NCBI GenBank assembly: GCA_963711405.1
Contig: CAVQDZ010000004.1
Span: 264,208-328,207 of the forward strand
Source of the DNA: an uncultured Chloroflexia bacterium
GTDB taxonomy: Bacteria; Chloroflexota; Limnocylindria; Limnocylindrales; CSP1-4
Direction of reading: 5' to 3'
Length of the DNA stretch: 64,000 nt
In this document: positions 46,392 to 55,867 of the stretch, piece by piece
How the letters are laid out: every line of letters begins with the position of its first letter
How positions within the stretch are numbered: position 1 is the stretch's first letter
The notes under the pieces: model-generated
What the model was told of the DNA's origin: nothing
Database searches by the model: none
Seen by the model: only the letters and a program-made list of their open reading frames with translations
Position numbers and translations under genes: made by a program

Positions 46392-48539
46392 ATGGCCGCT
46401 ATCCGCCAGCAGGCTGGCAACGCAACCGCCGTTCCCGGAACGACCGTCCCGCGACGGTTGGGCCAGGTGCGCACGCGCCGGCGCGTGCGCACGGACATCC
46501 CGTACATCAACCGTGAGCTGTCGTGGCTCGAGTTCAACGAGCGCGTCCTGTTTGAGGCCGTCGACGAGCGCAACCCGCTCCTTGAGCGCGTTCGCTTCCT
46601 GGCCATCTTCGCGAGCAACCTCGACGAGTTCTTCCAGATCCGCGTGGCTGGGCTCAAGCAGCAGCTCGCCGCCGGCCGGTCAAACCCGACACCTGACGGC
46701 ATGAGCGCCGCCCAGACACTCGATGCCATCCGGACGCGGCTGCTGCCAATGGTCGCGACCCATTCCCAGACGTGGGCGGCCGCGCGCGATGCACTCGCCG
46801 ACGAACAGATCCGCATCGTCCGTTATGAGGAGCGTCCGGAACGCCACGTCGAGATGCGCGCGCGCTTCTTCGACGAGGTCTTCCCGGTGCTGACGCCGCT
46901 CGCGGTCGATCCGGGCCATCCCTTCCCGTACATCAGCGACCTGTCTCTGTCGCTCGCAGTGACCGTGCGCGACCCGGTCACCGACGAGCGTCTCTTTGCG
47001 CGGATCAAGGTGCCGCCGGTCCTGCCGCGGCTGATGGAAGTCGGCGAGAACACGTATGTGCTGCTCGAGCAGGTCATTGCCGCCAACCTCGACGCGCTTT
47101 TCCCGGGCATGGAGGTGCTCGAGCACCATCTCTTCCGGGTCACGCGCAACGCGGACCTGGCGCTCGAGGAGGAAGAGGCACCAGACCTGCTCGAGGCGAT
47201 CGAGGAGGAGCTGCGCAAGCGCCGCTTCGGCAATGTCGTCCGGCTCGAGATCGAGCGCTCCATGCCCCACGCGACACGCATGCTGCTGATGGGCGGCCTC
47301 AATGTGGAAGCGCCGGATGTGTACGAGATCAGCGGCATGCTCGACCTCAACGCGCTGCACGCCATCGCCGATCTCGACGTCGCGGCGCTGCACTACCCGA
47401 ACTGGCAGCCGGTCACGTCGCTGCGCCTGCTTCCGACCGACCCGGATGAGGAGGCCGATGTCTTCGCCGCCGTGCGCGCCGGCGACATCCTCCTGCACCA
47501 CCCGTACGAATCATTTGCCACGTCCGTCCAGCGCTTCATCGAACAGGCCGCCGACGACCCGGACGTGCTGACGATCAAGCAGACGCTCTACCGCACCTCC
47601 GGTGATTCGCCCATCGTCCGCGCGTTGATCGATGCCGCCGAGGCCGGCAAACAGGTCGTCGTCCTGGTCGAGCTGAAGGCACGCTTCGACGAGGCCGCCA
47701 ACATCGTCTGGGCCAGGGCGCTGGAGCGTGCCGGTGCGCACGTGGCCTACGGCGTGGTGGGCCTCAAGACCCACTCGAAGGTGGCGCTCGTCGTGCGCCG
47801 CGAAGGCCGTGGCCTGCGCCGCTACGTGCACATCGGCACGGGCAACTACAACAACAAGACGGCGCGCCAATACGTGGACCTGGGCCTGCTGAGCTGCGAC
47901 GTGGACCTTGGCGCGGACGTCACGGACCTGTTCAACGTCCTGACCGGCCACTCGCGCCAGACGCGCTACAGAAAGCTGATGGTCGCGCCGGCAATGCTTC
48001 GTTCGGGCCTGGTCGACCTGATCGACGGCGAGCGCGAGCGGCACGAGGCGTTCGGCGACGGTCGCATCGTGATCAAGCTCAACTCGATCGTGGACCCAGC
48101 CGCCATCGCCGCGATCTATCGCGCCTCAGCGGCCGGCGTGCCGATCGACATCATCGTGCGCGGCATGTGCTCCGTGCGGCCGGGCATGCCGGGCATGAGC
48201 GAGACGGTCAACGTGCGCTCGATCGTTGGCCGCTACCTGGAGCACTCGCGCATCTTCATGTTCGGCAGTGGCGAGCGCGAGCGCTACTTCATCGGCTCGG
48301 CGGACCTCATGGAGCGCAACCTAGATCGGCGCGTCGAGGCGCTCGCGCCAGTCACAGACCCGGAAAGCCAGGCGCGTCTGCGCGGGATCCTAGAGATCAT
48401 GCTCGCCGATGACCGCCGCGCGTGGCAGCTGGGCGCCGACGATCGCTGGCGGCGCGTCGAAGAATCCACCTCGGAGACGCGCGGCATCGACACGTTCGAG
48501 ACGCTCATGAACCTCGCCCGCACGTCGACCGCGGGGTGA
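46392..48539 (+). CDS. ppk: Polyphosphate kinase 1
   Basis: 715 aa. NRELSWLEFNERVL, FLAIFASNLDEFF, KTHSKVALVVRRE and GSADLMERNL motifs of PPK1. Confidence 0.9.
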   Translation: MAAIRQQAGNATAVPGTTVPRRLGQVRTRRRVRTDIPYINRELSWLEFNERVLFEAVDERNPLLERVRFLAIFASNLDEFFQIRVAGLKQQLAAGRSNPTPDGMSAAQTLDAIRTRLLPMVATHSQTWAAARDALADEQIRIVRYEERPERHVEMRARFFDEVFPVLTPLAVDPGHPFPYISDLSLSLAVTVRDPVTDERLFARIKVPPVLPRLMEVGENTYVLLEQVIAANLDALFPGMEVLEHHLFRVTRNADLALEEEEAPDLLEAIEEELRKRRFGNVVRLEIERSMPHATRMLLMGGLNVEAPDVYEISGMLDLNALHAIADLDVAALHYPNWQPVTSLRLLPTDPDEEADVFAAVRAGDILLHHPYESFATSVQRFIEQAADDPDVLTIKQTLYRTSGDSPIVRALIDAAEAGKQVVVLVELKARFDEAANIVWARALERAGAHVAYGVVGLKTHSKVALVVRREGRGLRRYVHIGTGNYNNKTARQYVDLGLLSCDVDLGADVTDLFNVLTGHSRQTRYRKLMVAPAMLRSGLVDLIDGERERHEAFGDGRIVIKLNSIVDPAAIAAIYRASAAGVPIDIIVRGMCSVRPGMPGMSETVNVRSIVGRYLEHSRIFMFGSGERERYFIGSADLMERNLDRRVEALAPVTDPESQARLRGILEIMLADDRRAWQLGADDRWRRVEESTSETRGIDTFETLMNLARTSTAG

Positions 48540-50150
48540 CCGAAGGGCAACTGCGGAGCACCGAGGAAATCGCAAGCCCCAGCGAGGAGATCGAGCTCAA
48601 GTTCGCGTTCGAGCACGGCGAAACCCTGCGCGCCTGGTTCGATCGAGGAATTTCCAGCTCCGCCGGAGGATGGTTGGCGGAAGCTGGAGATTCGCGACCG
48701 CTACTTCGACACGGCCGACCTGGCACTCAAGGAGGCCGGCCTGGGCGCCCGACTGCGCACCGTTGGATCCGACACGACGCTGACGGTCAAACAGACTCTC
48801 GAGGTCAACGACGGGTTGCACCGGCGCCTCGAGCTCGAGGCGCCGGCGACACGTGATCTGGATCCTGAGGACTGGCCGGACAGTGAGGCCCGTGCCCGGC
48901 TTGTCGAGGCAGCGGGCAACACGCGTCTGATCGAGCTATTCGTGATCGGCCAGGAACGTCGCGAGCGGACCGTCCAGCTTGAGGGCGCGACTGCCGTCGC
49001 GTCGATCGACTCGGGTGAGGTTGAGTACCTGGGCATCGTCGCGGGCGAGATCCGGCACTTCGAGATCGAGCTGCGCGACGGGTCATCGGAGGCCCTCCAG
49101 GCCATCACCGAACGAGTCCTGGCCAGCGACCTGGTCGTGGCCGAGGACCGCAGCAAGCTAGAGCTGGCCGCGGAGATGGCTCAGGAGGCGGCGCTCGTCG
49201 CGCCCGACGACGCGTGGGCCGACGCCGCCCGCAAGCTTCTACGCCGGCACCTGGTGCGCATGCTCGAACGCGAGAGCGAGACGCGCGCGGGCGACGTGCT
49301 GGCCCTCAAGCAGATGCGCGTCGCGACGCGGCGCATGCGCGCGACATGGCGGGTATTCGGCTCTGCCTTTGCCGGCGGCCACGTCCGTGCCTTCGATGCC
49401 AACCTGCGCCACGTCGCGGGCCTGCTCGGCGCCGTGCGCGACCTCGACGTGCTGCTCGAGACGGTCGAGGGCCGTGAACAGATCGAGGCGATGGCCGCCA
49501 CCTGGCGCGCGCGGCGCGATGCCACGTTCGACGAGCTCATGCGCTTCCTCGACACGCGCACCTACGAACGTTTCGTCCAGGACTTCCTGGCCGGAACCGG
49601 CGCGCGCGGCCACTGGGCGCCCGGCAAGCAGTCGCGCGATCGCGTCGCCGACGGCGCCCCGGCCCGCCTCGAGGGCGCACGCGATCGGATGCTCGCGGCA
49701 GCCGAAAAGGCCAGTGGCTCGAACGAGGCCGTGGCGTGGCACACGCTGCGCATCGACGCCAAGCGCATGCGCTACTCGCTCGAGGCGTTTCGGGACATCC
49801 TCGACGAGCGCGCGGCGACCGATTTCATCGAACGCCTGCGCACGCTCCAGGACAACCTGGGCGAAATGAACGACGCATCGGTCGCCGCACGCGAAGCCGC
49901 CACCTGGCTCACCAGCGCTGCCGGTGCCGATGCACCGCCACTGCAGCGCGTCGCCGTCGCACACTACATCGGTGACGCTGAGGCAGAGGTCGCTCGCGCA
50001 AGGTCGGACTTCGCTGAGCTTTGGCCGCCCCTTGCCGCCAGCGCGACTCCGTCAATCGGGAACTGGGGATCCTCCGCGGCGCCCAGCGCTGAGCCAGCGA
50101 CGGCTGCGTCGGACGAGGCCGAGCATGTCGAGGCCGAGCCCGCCGATTAA
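48536..50150 (+). pseudogene. CYTH-CHAD two-domain protein (triphosphate tunnel metalloenzyme domain plus polyP-associated CHAD domain); one +1 frame change as assembled
   Basis: GTG 48536 overlaps the ppk stop (GTGA). CYTH start EIELKF.., then after about 48645 the next frame continues FPAPPEDGWRKLEIRDRYFDT..LRTVGSDTTLTVK..RRLELE. CHAD helices carry LKQMRVATRRMRA and HTLRIDAKRMRYSLE. Confidence 0.75.
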
Positions 50151-50188
50151 CTAACGGAGTGTTAACGGCCCGCTAACGAGCCGTTGGC
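50150..50188. promoter_or_regulatory. Four direct repeat units at exact 11-bp spacing (Pho-box-like) upstream of, or at the start of, the atypical OmpR-type regulator gene
   Basis: Hexamers ACTAAC (50150), GTTAAC (50161), GCTAAC (50172) and GTTGGC (50183). Confidence 0.5.
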
Positions 50189-50918
50189 CAGGCCGGCCGA
50201 GCATCCGGCCATGGCGCACCACGACCCGGCCCTGGTCACGACGCTGGCACTGTCGCCAAATCCGGCGGGCGCGTGGCTGGGTTCATCGGCCGACGGCGTG
50301 CGTGCCACGACCGACAAGTCCGCGTTCAAACAGCTCCTGCGGGCCGCGGGTCCGTGTGTTGTCGTCGTCTGGGTGCCACCCGCAACAGCCGACGAGATCG
50401 GCGACGTCGCGGCGGCCCGCAGGGTGCGGCGCGACCTGCGCGCGATCCTGATCGACCGGCCGGCCGATAGCGGCGAACGTGTCACTGCGCTTCGCTCCGG
50501 CTTCGACGAGGCACTCGACTCCCGCGTCGATCACGCTGAGCTGGCCAGCCGGATCGATCTGCTCAACGAGGAGATCCGCCGGCAGCTGGCAGCGCGGCGC
50601 GTCAACCTGGGTGGCGACGTGTGGCTCGACCGCGAGCGCCGCCAGCTGGTCGTGTCCGATCGGCCCGTCCATCTGCGTCCGCGCGAGTACGCGCTGCTCG
50701 AAGTGCTCGCGCGCGAGCCAGGTCGGACGTTCAGTCGCGAGGACCTGCTCAACGCCGTAGGCGCCGACCCTGCCCATGGCGACCTGCGCTCAGTCGACGT
50801 CCACATCACCTGGCTGCGCGAAAAGCTGGAACCGGCGGGCGACCGTGGGCCGGTTTTGCAGACCGTGCGCGGTGTCGGCTACCGACTCGAGACACAGCCA
50901 GCGTTAACGAACCGTTAA
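50184..50918 (+). CDS. OmpR/PhoB-type winged-helix transcriptional regulator with atypical (degenerate) receiver-like N-terminal domain
   Basis: C-terminal trans_reg_C pattern: LRPREYALLEVLAREPGRTFSREDLL..VDVHITWLREKLE..LQTVRGVGYRL. The N-terminal half lacks an obvious acidic pocket. The start could be ATG 50211. Confidence 0.7.
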   Translation: MARPAEHPAMAHHDPALVTTLALSPNPAGAWLGSSADGVRATTDKSAFKQLLRAAGPCVVVVWVPPATADEIGDVAAARRVRRDLRAILIDRPADSGERVTALRSGFDEALDSRVDHAELASRIDLLNEEIRRQLAARRVNLGGDVWLDRERRQLVVSDRPVHLRPREYALLEVLAREPGRTFSREDLLNAVGADPAHGDLRSVDVHITWLREKLEPAGDRGPVLQTVRGVGYRLETQPALTNR

Positions 50919-50953
50919 CAGCACGCGAACGCCCCGTTGACGGAGGCGTTGGA
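50903..50953. promoter_or_regulatory. Pho-box-like array of four to five direct repeats at 11-bp spacing immediately upstream of pstS
   Basis: GTTAAC (50903), GTTAAC (50914), GCGAAC (50925), GTTGAC (50936) and GTTGGA (50948). The first two units overlap the 3' end and stop codon of the regulator gene. Confidence 0.6.
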
Positions 50954-50997
50954 ACTTGAGACACGTCATCACAGGACAAGAGGAGAAGAACACGACC

Positions 50998-51957
50998 GTG
51001 AACAACCCGTTCCGAATGGCTGGCGCCGTACTGGCGCTCGGAGTCATCGTCGCCGCGTGTGGCGGCAGCGGTGCGACGCCGGCACCATCGAAGGCACCCG
51101 CAACCGGCGGTCGCCGCAACAGCCGGCCGCCGACGGACGCCCGCCGCCGGCACGCCCGCCGCGAGCGCGATGAGCCTGCCTGTTGCCGACTGCCAGAGCG
51201 GCAACATCATCGCCGGCGGCTCGACCGCCATGCAGCCCGTCGTCGAAGCGGCGGCTGAGTCCTACCTGGCCGGCTGCGCGGGCGGCTCAGTCACCGTCCA
51301 GGGCGGCGGCTCCGGCACAGGCCTGACCCAGGTCTCAGCCGGGAGCGTTCCAGATCGGCAACTCCGATGTCAGCGCGTACAGCAAGCTCGCCACGCCCGA
51401 TGCCGCGGCGCTCGTTGATCACCCCGTCCTCAAGCAGGGCTTTGTCATGGTCGTTAACAAGGACGTCACCGGCGTGACGAACCTGACGACCGACCAGGCG
51501 AAGCAGATCTGGACCGGCGCCATCACGAACTGGAAGGACATTCCGGGCGGGCCTGACCTGCCGATCGTGTCTGATCATCCGCCCTGAAAGCTCCGGCACA
51601 CGGGCTGTGTTCAAGTCAATCGTGCTCGGCGGCGCGACCGAGGCCCAGGGCCAGGCACTGACCGAGGACTCCAACGGCGCGGTCACGCAGGCCGTCACGA
51701 CGACCCCGGGTGGCACCAGCTACATCGGCTTCGCCTACTACCAGCAGGCCAAGGACAACCTGACCGCCCTGCAGCTCGATGGTGTCGACGCCACGATCCC
51801 CAATCTGACCAGCGGCACATACAAGCTGCAGTCAACCGGGCACATGTACACGAAGGGCGACGCGACCGGGCTGGCGAAGTCGTTCATCGACTTCATGCTC
51901 AGCGACGGCGTTCAGAACCAGCTTCTGCCATCTCTCTACTACGCCCCGCTCCAGTAG
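50998..51957 (+). pseudogene. pstS: Phosphate ABC transporter substrate-binding lipoprotein PstS; at least three +1 frame changes as assembled
   Basis: GTG 50998 with lipobox GVIVAAC. Pieces in successive frames: GGSTAMQPVVEAAAESY..VQGGGSGTGL / FQIGNSDVSAYSK..WKDIPGGPDLPIV / LIIRPESSGTRAVF..TTPGGTSYIGFAYY..SFIDFMLS. Shifts near 51100-51130, 51345 and 51570. Confidence 0.85.
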
Positions 51958-52019
51958 GGCGAAAGGCGATAAGCACATCCCGCTGCGGGAGCTCCCAACC
52001 CGCAGCTGCTCCTCCCTGC

Positions 52020-52047
52020 GGTCAGGGCCGGCTAACCGGCCCTGACC
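52020..52047 (+). terminator. Strong stem-loop between pstS and pstC (attenuator/mRNA-stabilising hairpin)
   Basis: Perfect 12-bp stem: GGTCAGGGCCGG, loop CTAA, CCGGCCCTGACC. It is preceded by a second hairpin, GCTGCGGG (51983-51990) / CCCGCAGC (51999-52006). Confidence 0.5.
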
Positions 52048-52069
52048 GTTCCCATTCAGGACGGATCGA

Positions 52070-53002
52070 ATGGCAGTAGCCACAACGACAGAGCGCGCCG
52101 CAAGCCTGCACGGCAGTGAATCGCTGGCTCAGCGGCTGGACATTCCGCGCCGGGCAACGCTGCTTGCCGCGGCTGTCGTCGTGCTGCTGGTCTTCCTCTT
52201 GCTTGGCTTTGTCACGTGGAACGGCGTCCAGATCTTCTTCCACTCTGGTGTGCCACTCGACAACATCCTGAGCACGACCTGGGCCCCGTCGCAGAGTCCT
52301 GCCCAGTTCGGCATCCTGCCCTTCGTCGCCGGGACACTGGGCGTGATGGCCGTGGCCGCGATCATCTCGACACCGCTGTCAGTGGGACTGGCCATCTTCA
52401 TGGCCGAGATCGCTCCGCGCTGGGCCAAGAACATCGCCCAGCCGGCAATGGAAGTGTTCGTCGGTATTCCCAGTGTCGTGTGGGGTTGGCTGGGCATCAC
52501 CATTCTCGTTCCCTTCCTGCGCACCAACTTCAGCTGGGCAGGTTTTCATCTGGGTTTCTCGTGGTTCGCAGGCTCGCTCGTGCTGTCGCTGATGATCCTG
52601 CCCACGATCGCGTCGATCTCGTACGACGTGATCGCCTCAGTGCCCTCGGAGATGCGCACCGGGTCAGTCGCCCTGGGCTCGACGCGCTGGCAGACAATCC
52701 GCCACGTTGTCCTTCCCGCAGCGACGTCGGGCATCGTGACCGCCGTCGTGCTGGGCATGATGCGCGCGGCCGGTGAGGCCCTCGCGGTTCAAATGGTCAT
52801 CGGCAACCGGCCGGTAATGCCCACCGGCCTGACCGATCCGCTAACTACCCTGACCAGCCAGATCACGCTCGACATGGGCAACACCGTCGCGGGCGAGGCT
52901 TGGAACGAGGCGCTCTGGACGATGGGTCTCGTGTTGATGATCATTTCCTTCGCGTTCGTGACCTTCGTTCGGCGCCTTTCGCGCCGTAGGGCATACCAAT
53001 GA
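52070..53002 (+). CDS. pstC: Phosphate ABC transporter permease PstC
   Basis: 310 aa with 6 TM helices. EAA-type loop MRTGSVALGSTRWQTIRHVVLPAA. Positioned between pstS and pstA. Confidence 0.9.
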   Translation: MAVATTTERAASLHGSESLAQRLDIPRRATLLAAAVVVLLVFLLLGFVTWNGVQIFFHSGVPLDNILSTTWAPSQSPAQFGILPFVAGTLGVMAVAAIISTPLSVGLAIFMAEIAPRWAKNIAQPAMEVFVGIPSVVWGWLGITILVPFLRTNFSWAGFHLGFSWFAGSLVLSLMILPTIASISYDVIASVPSEMRTGSVALGSTRWQTIRHVVLPAATSGIVTAVVLGMMRAAGEALAVQMVIGNRPVMPTGLTDPLTTLTSQITLDMGNTVAGEAWNEALWTMGLVLMIISFAFVTFVRRLSRRRAYQ

Positions 53003-53890
53003 GCCGCTCGCTGATGTGGGACCGGGTCGCCACGGGCGTCTTCTGGGCGATCGCCGTCTTCGTCGTCGCCGTCCTTGGCGCGATCATCATCCACTTCCTG
53101 CTCGCCTCGATCGGCACGCTGTCGCTCGAGTTCCTGACCAGCCCGCCCAGCCGGACCGAGCTCGGCGGTGTCGGGCCGATCCTGTGGAATTCGTTCTACA
53201 TCCTGATCCTGACGATCATCTTGACCGTGCCGCTGGGCGTCATCGGCGGCATCTACATGGCCGAATACGCGGGCGAGGGACGCGATCCCGAACCTGATCA
53301 GGCTGTGCCAGGAGTTGATCAGCAGCGTGCCCTCGATCGTCGTCGGCCTGTTCGGCCTGGCGCTATTTGTGACCGCGCTTGGCTGGAGCTTCAGCGCGCT
53401 ATCAGGCGCCATGGCGCTGACCGTCTTCAACCTGCCGCTGATGATGCGTCTGTCCGAGCAGGCGATGCGCGCAGTGCCCCAGGACGAACGTGACGCGAGC
53501 CTGGCCCTGGGCGCTTCCAAGTGGCAGACGATCCATCACGTGGTGCTGCCGCTGGCCGTCCCGGGCATCATCACGGGCATCATCCTTACCGCCGGGCGCA
53601 TCTTTGGTGAGGCTGCTGCGCTGATCTTCACCGCCGGCCTGTCGACACCGACGAGCTACGACTTCACCAACTTCAACCTGACCGATCCGCGCTCGCCGTG
53701 GAGCCCGTTCCATCCAGCGACGACCCTGTCGGTCTACATCTGGAAGCTCAACTCGGAGGGCCTGGGCGACTACGTGCGTCAGATCGCCGACTCATCGGCG
53801 GCCATCCTCGTCATCGCCGTCCTCCTCTTCAACCTCGGCGCACGGACCCTTGGTCGGGCCCTTCAGCGTCGCACCACTGGCAGCCGCTGA
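52999..53890 (+). pseudogene. pstA: Phosphate ABC transporter permease PstA; one +1 frame change as assembled
   Basis: The N-terminal ORF 52999.. reads up to ..YMAEYAGEGR. From about 53292 the next frame continues IPNLIRLCQELISSVPSIVVGLFG..ASLALGASKWQTIHHVVLP. Confidence 0.85.
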
Positions 53891-54816
53891 TGACCCCGGA
53901 GGACACTGTGTCGATCGCCGAACCGCCTACCGCCGACCAGTCCGTCGCCAACGCGACACTCGCCCCCGCCGCGCCGACCAGCGCTGCACCGCTGGCCATC
54001 CGCATGGAGGTCACCGCGGAGGCGTCCGAGACAGTCGCCATGGACGAGGTCCGCATCGCAGTCAAGAATCTGAACATCTATTACGGCCAGAAGCGCGCCG
54101 TAACGGACGTGACGATGGACATTCCGGCCAATGCTGTGACCGCGTTCATCGGCCCCTCGGGCTGCGGCAAGAGCACGATCCTGCGCTGCTTTGATCGCAT
54201 GAACGACCTCATCGCCGGTGCCCGGATCGAGGGCCAGATCGTGCTCAACGGCGAGGACATCTACGGCCCAGGCGTGCTGCCGGTAGAGGTCCGTCGACGC
54301 GTGGGCCTCGTCTTCCAGCGGCCCAACCCCTTCCCGATGACCATCTACGACAACGTTGCATACGGGCCGCGCCGCCACGGGCAATCGGACAAGAAGACGC
54401 TCGACGAGATCGTCGAGCGTTCGCTCCAGCGCGCCGCGCTATGGGACGAGGTCAAGGACGACTACAAGAAGAAGTCGGGGCTCGCGCTCTCCGGCGGCCA
54501 GCAGCAGCGACTGTGCATCGCACGCACGATGGCCACGGAGCCGGACGTGATCCTGATGGACGAGCCGGCTTCTGCCCTTGACCCGATCTCGACGCTCAAG
54601 ATCGAGGACCTGATCCACGAGCTGCGTCAGCGCTACACCATCGTCATCGTGACCCACAACATGCAGCAGGCGTCACGCGTCAGCCAGATGACGGCTTTCT
54701 TCACGCTCGGTGAGGATCGCGCCGGCTACCTCGTCGAGTACAGCCCCACGTCGCAGATCTTTACCAATCCAAAGCAGCAGCTGACCGAGGACTACGTCTC
54801 GGGGAGGTTTGGTTGA
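53890..54816 (+). CDS. pstB: Phosphate ABC transporter ATP-binding protein PstB (with about 55 aa N-terminal extension)
   Basis: ATG 53890 overlaps the pstA stop. Walker [23 protein letters not shown] and Walker [13 protein letters not shown], plus a C-terminal [10 protein letters not shown]. Confidence 0.9.
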   Translation: MTPEDTVSIAEPPTADQSVANATLAPAAPTSAAPLAIRMEVTAEASETVAMDEVRIAVKNLNIYYGQKRAVTDVTMDIPANAVTAFIGPSGCGKSTILRCFDRMNDLIAGARIEGQIVLNGEDIYGPGVLPVEVRRRVGLVFQRPNPFPMTIYDNVAYGPRRHGQSDKKTLDEIVERSLQRAALWDEVKDDYKKKSGLALSGGQQQRLCIARTMATEPDVILMDEPASALDPISTLKIEDLIHELRQRYTIVIVTHNMQQASRVSQMTAFFTLGEDRAGYLVEYSPTSQIFTNPKQQLTEDYVSGRFG

Positions 54817-55578
54817 TGGCGCCCGACCGTGACGACATCCAGTCCCAGGTGGATGTGATGCTCGACGACATTCGCCGCGAGCAGGCTGCCGCGGGCCAGG
54901 AGGCGTCGTCATATACGCATGCCAGCCGCGAGGGTCTGGATCGTGCCGAGCGCGAGATCAAGGACGAGGTGCTTGCGCATGGGCAGCCTGGTCGCCGCTC
55001 AGATCGAGGCGTCACTTGCGGCGCTGACCGGGCACGACGCCGATGCAGCCACGGCAGTGATCGTCGGCGACGCACGGATCAATGACGCGCAGCGCCACCT
55101 CTCGTCACTCATCCAGCTGGCAATCGCCACGCAAACGCCCGTTGCGCGCGATCTGCGCCTGCTGCTCGCGCTTGATCACGTCACGTACGAGCTCGAGCGC
55201 ATCGGCGACCATGCCGGTTCGGTAGCCAAGCAGGCGCGCAAGCTCGCGCCGGAACCGCCGCTGCGCGAGTACGTGAAGCTGCCCCGCATGGGCCAGCTCG
55301 CGGCCGACCAGGTGCGCAGCGTGCTGCGCGCGATGGTCGATCTCGACGAGGCGCAGGCGCGCGTGGTCGCATCACGCGACGATGACATCGACGAGCTCTA
55401 CCACTCGATATTCGCCGAGGTCATCGAGCTCATGCGCGATGATCCGGCCAACGTCGAGCGCGGCACGCGGATCCTGTTCGCAGCGCATTATCTGGAACGA
55501 ATCGGTGACCGCGTCACGAACATCGCCGAGGACGTCGTCTTTCTCGCCACGGGCGACATCGAGGACCTCAACCCGTAG
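54816..55578 (+). pseudogene. phoU: Phosphate signalling protein PhoU; one +1 frame change as assembled
   Basis: ATG 54816 overlaps the pstB stop. ..REGLDRAEREIKDEVL, then after about 54975 the next frame continues MGSLVAAQIE... Both PhoU repeats are present (ELERIGDHA and YLERIGDRVTNIAE). Confidence 0.85.
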
Positions 55579-55585
55579 GGGCTGG

Positions 55586-55855
55586 TCAGGACGCGTCTGT
55601 CCCGGCGTGGTCGATCTGCCACAAAATCTGGGCGATGTCGCCTGGGGCCGGAACGCGGCCGTAGCTGACAACCTTGCCGTCGATGACCAGGCCGGGTGTG
55701 CTCATGATTCCGTACGAGCCGATCTGCGTGTAGTCGGTGACTTTTACGATCTGCGCTTCAGTACCGACCATGTCGATGGCCGCGCGAGTATTTGCCTCGA
55801 GCCGTTGGCAATTTGCACAACCAGGGCCCAGAACCTCAATGACGTGCATGACCAC
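55586..55855 (-). CDS. Small thioredoxin-fold protein (redox-active disulfide protein 2 type)
   Basis: About 87 aa. The CxxC is in VLGPGCANCQ and the C-terminal half has MSTPGLVIDGKVV. Such proteins are commonly paired with the adjacent permease family. Confidence 0.75.
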   Translation of the reverse strand: MVMHVIEVLGPGCANCQRLEANTRAAIDMVGTEAQIVKVTDYTQIGSYGIMSTPGLVIDGKVVSYGRVPAPGDIAQILWQIDHAGTDAS

Positions 55856-55867
55856 GAACTCCTTTTG

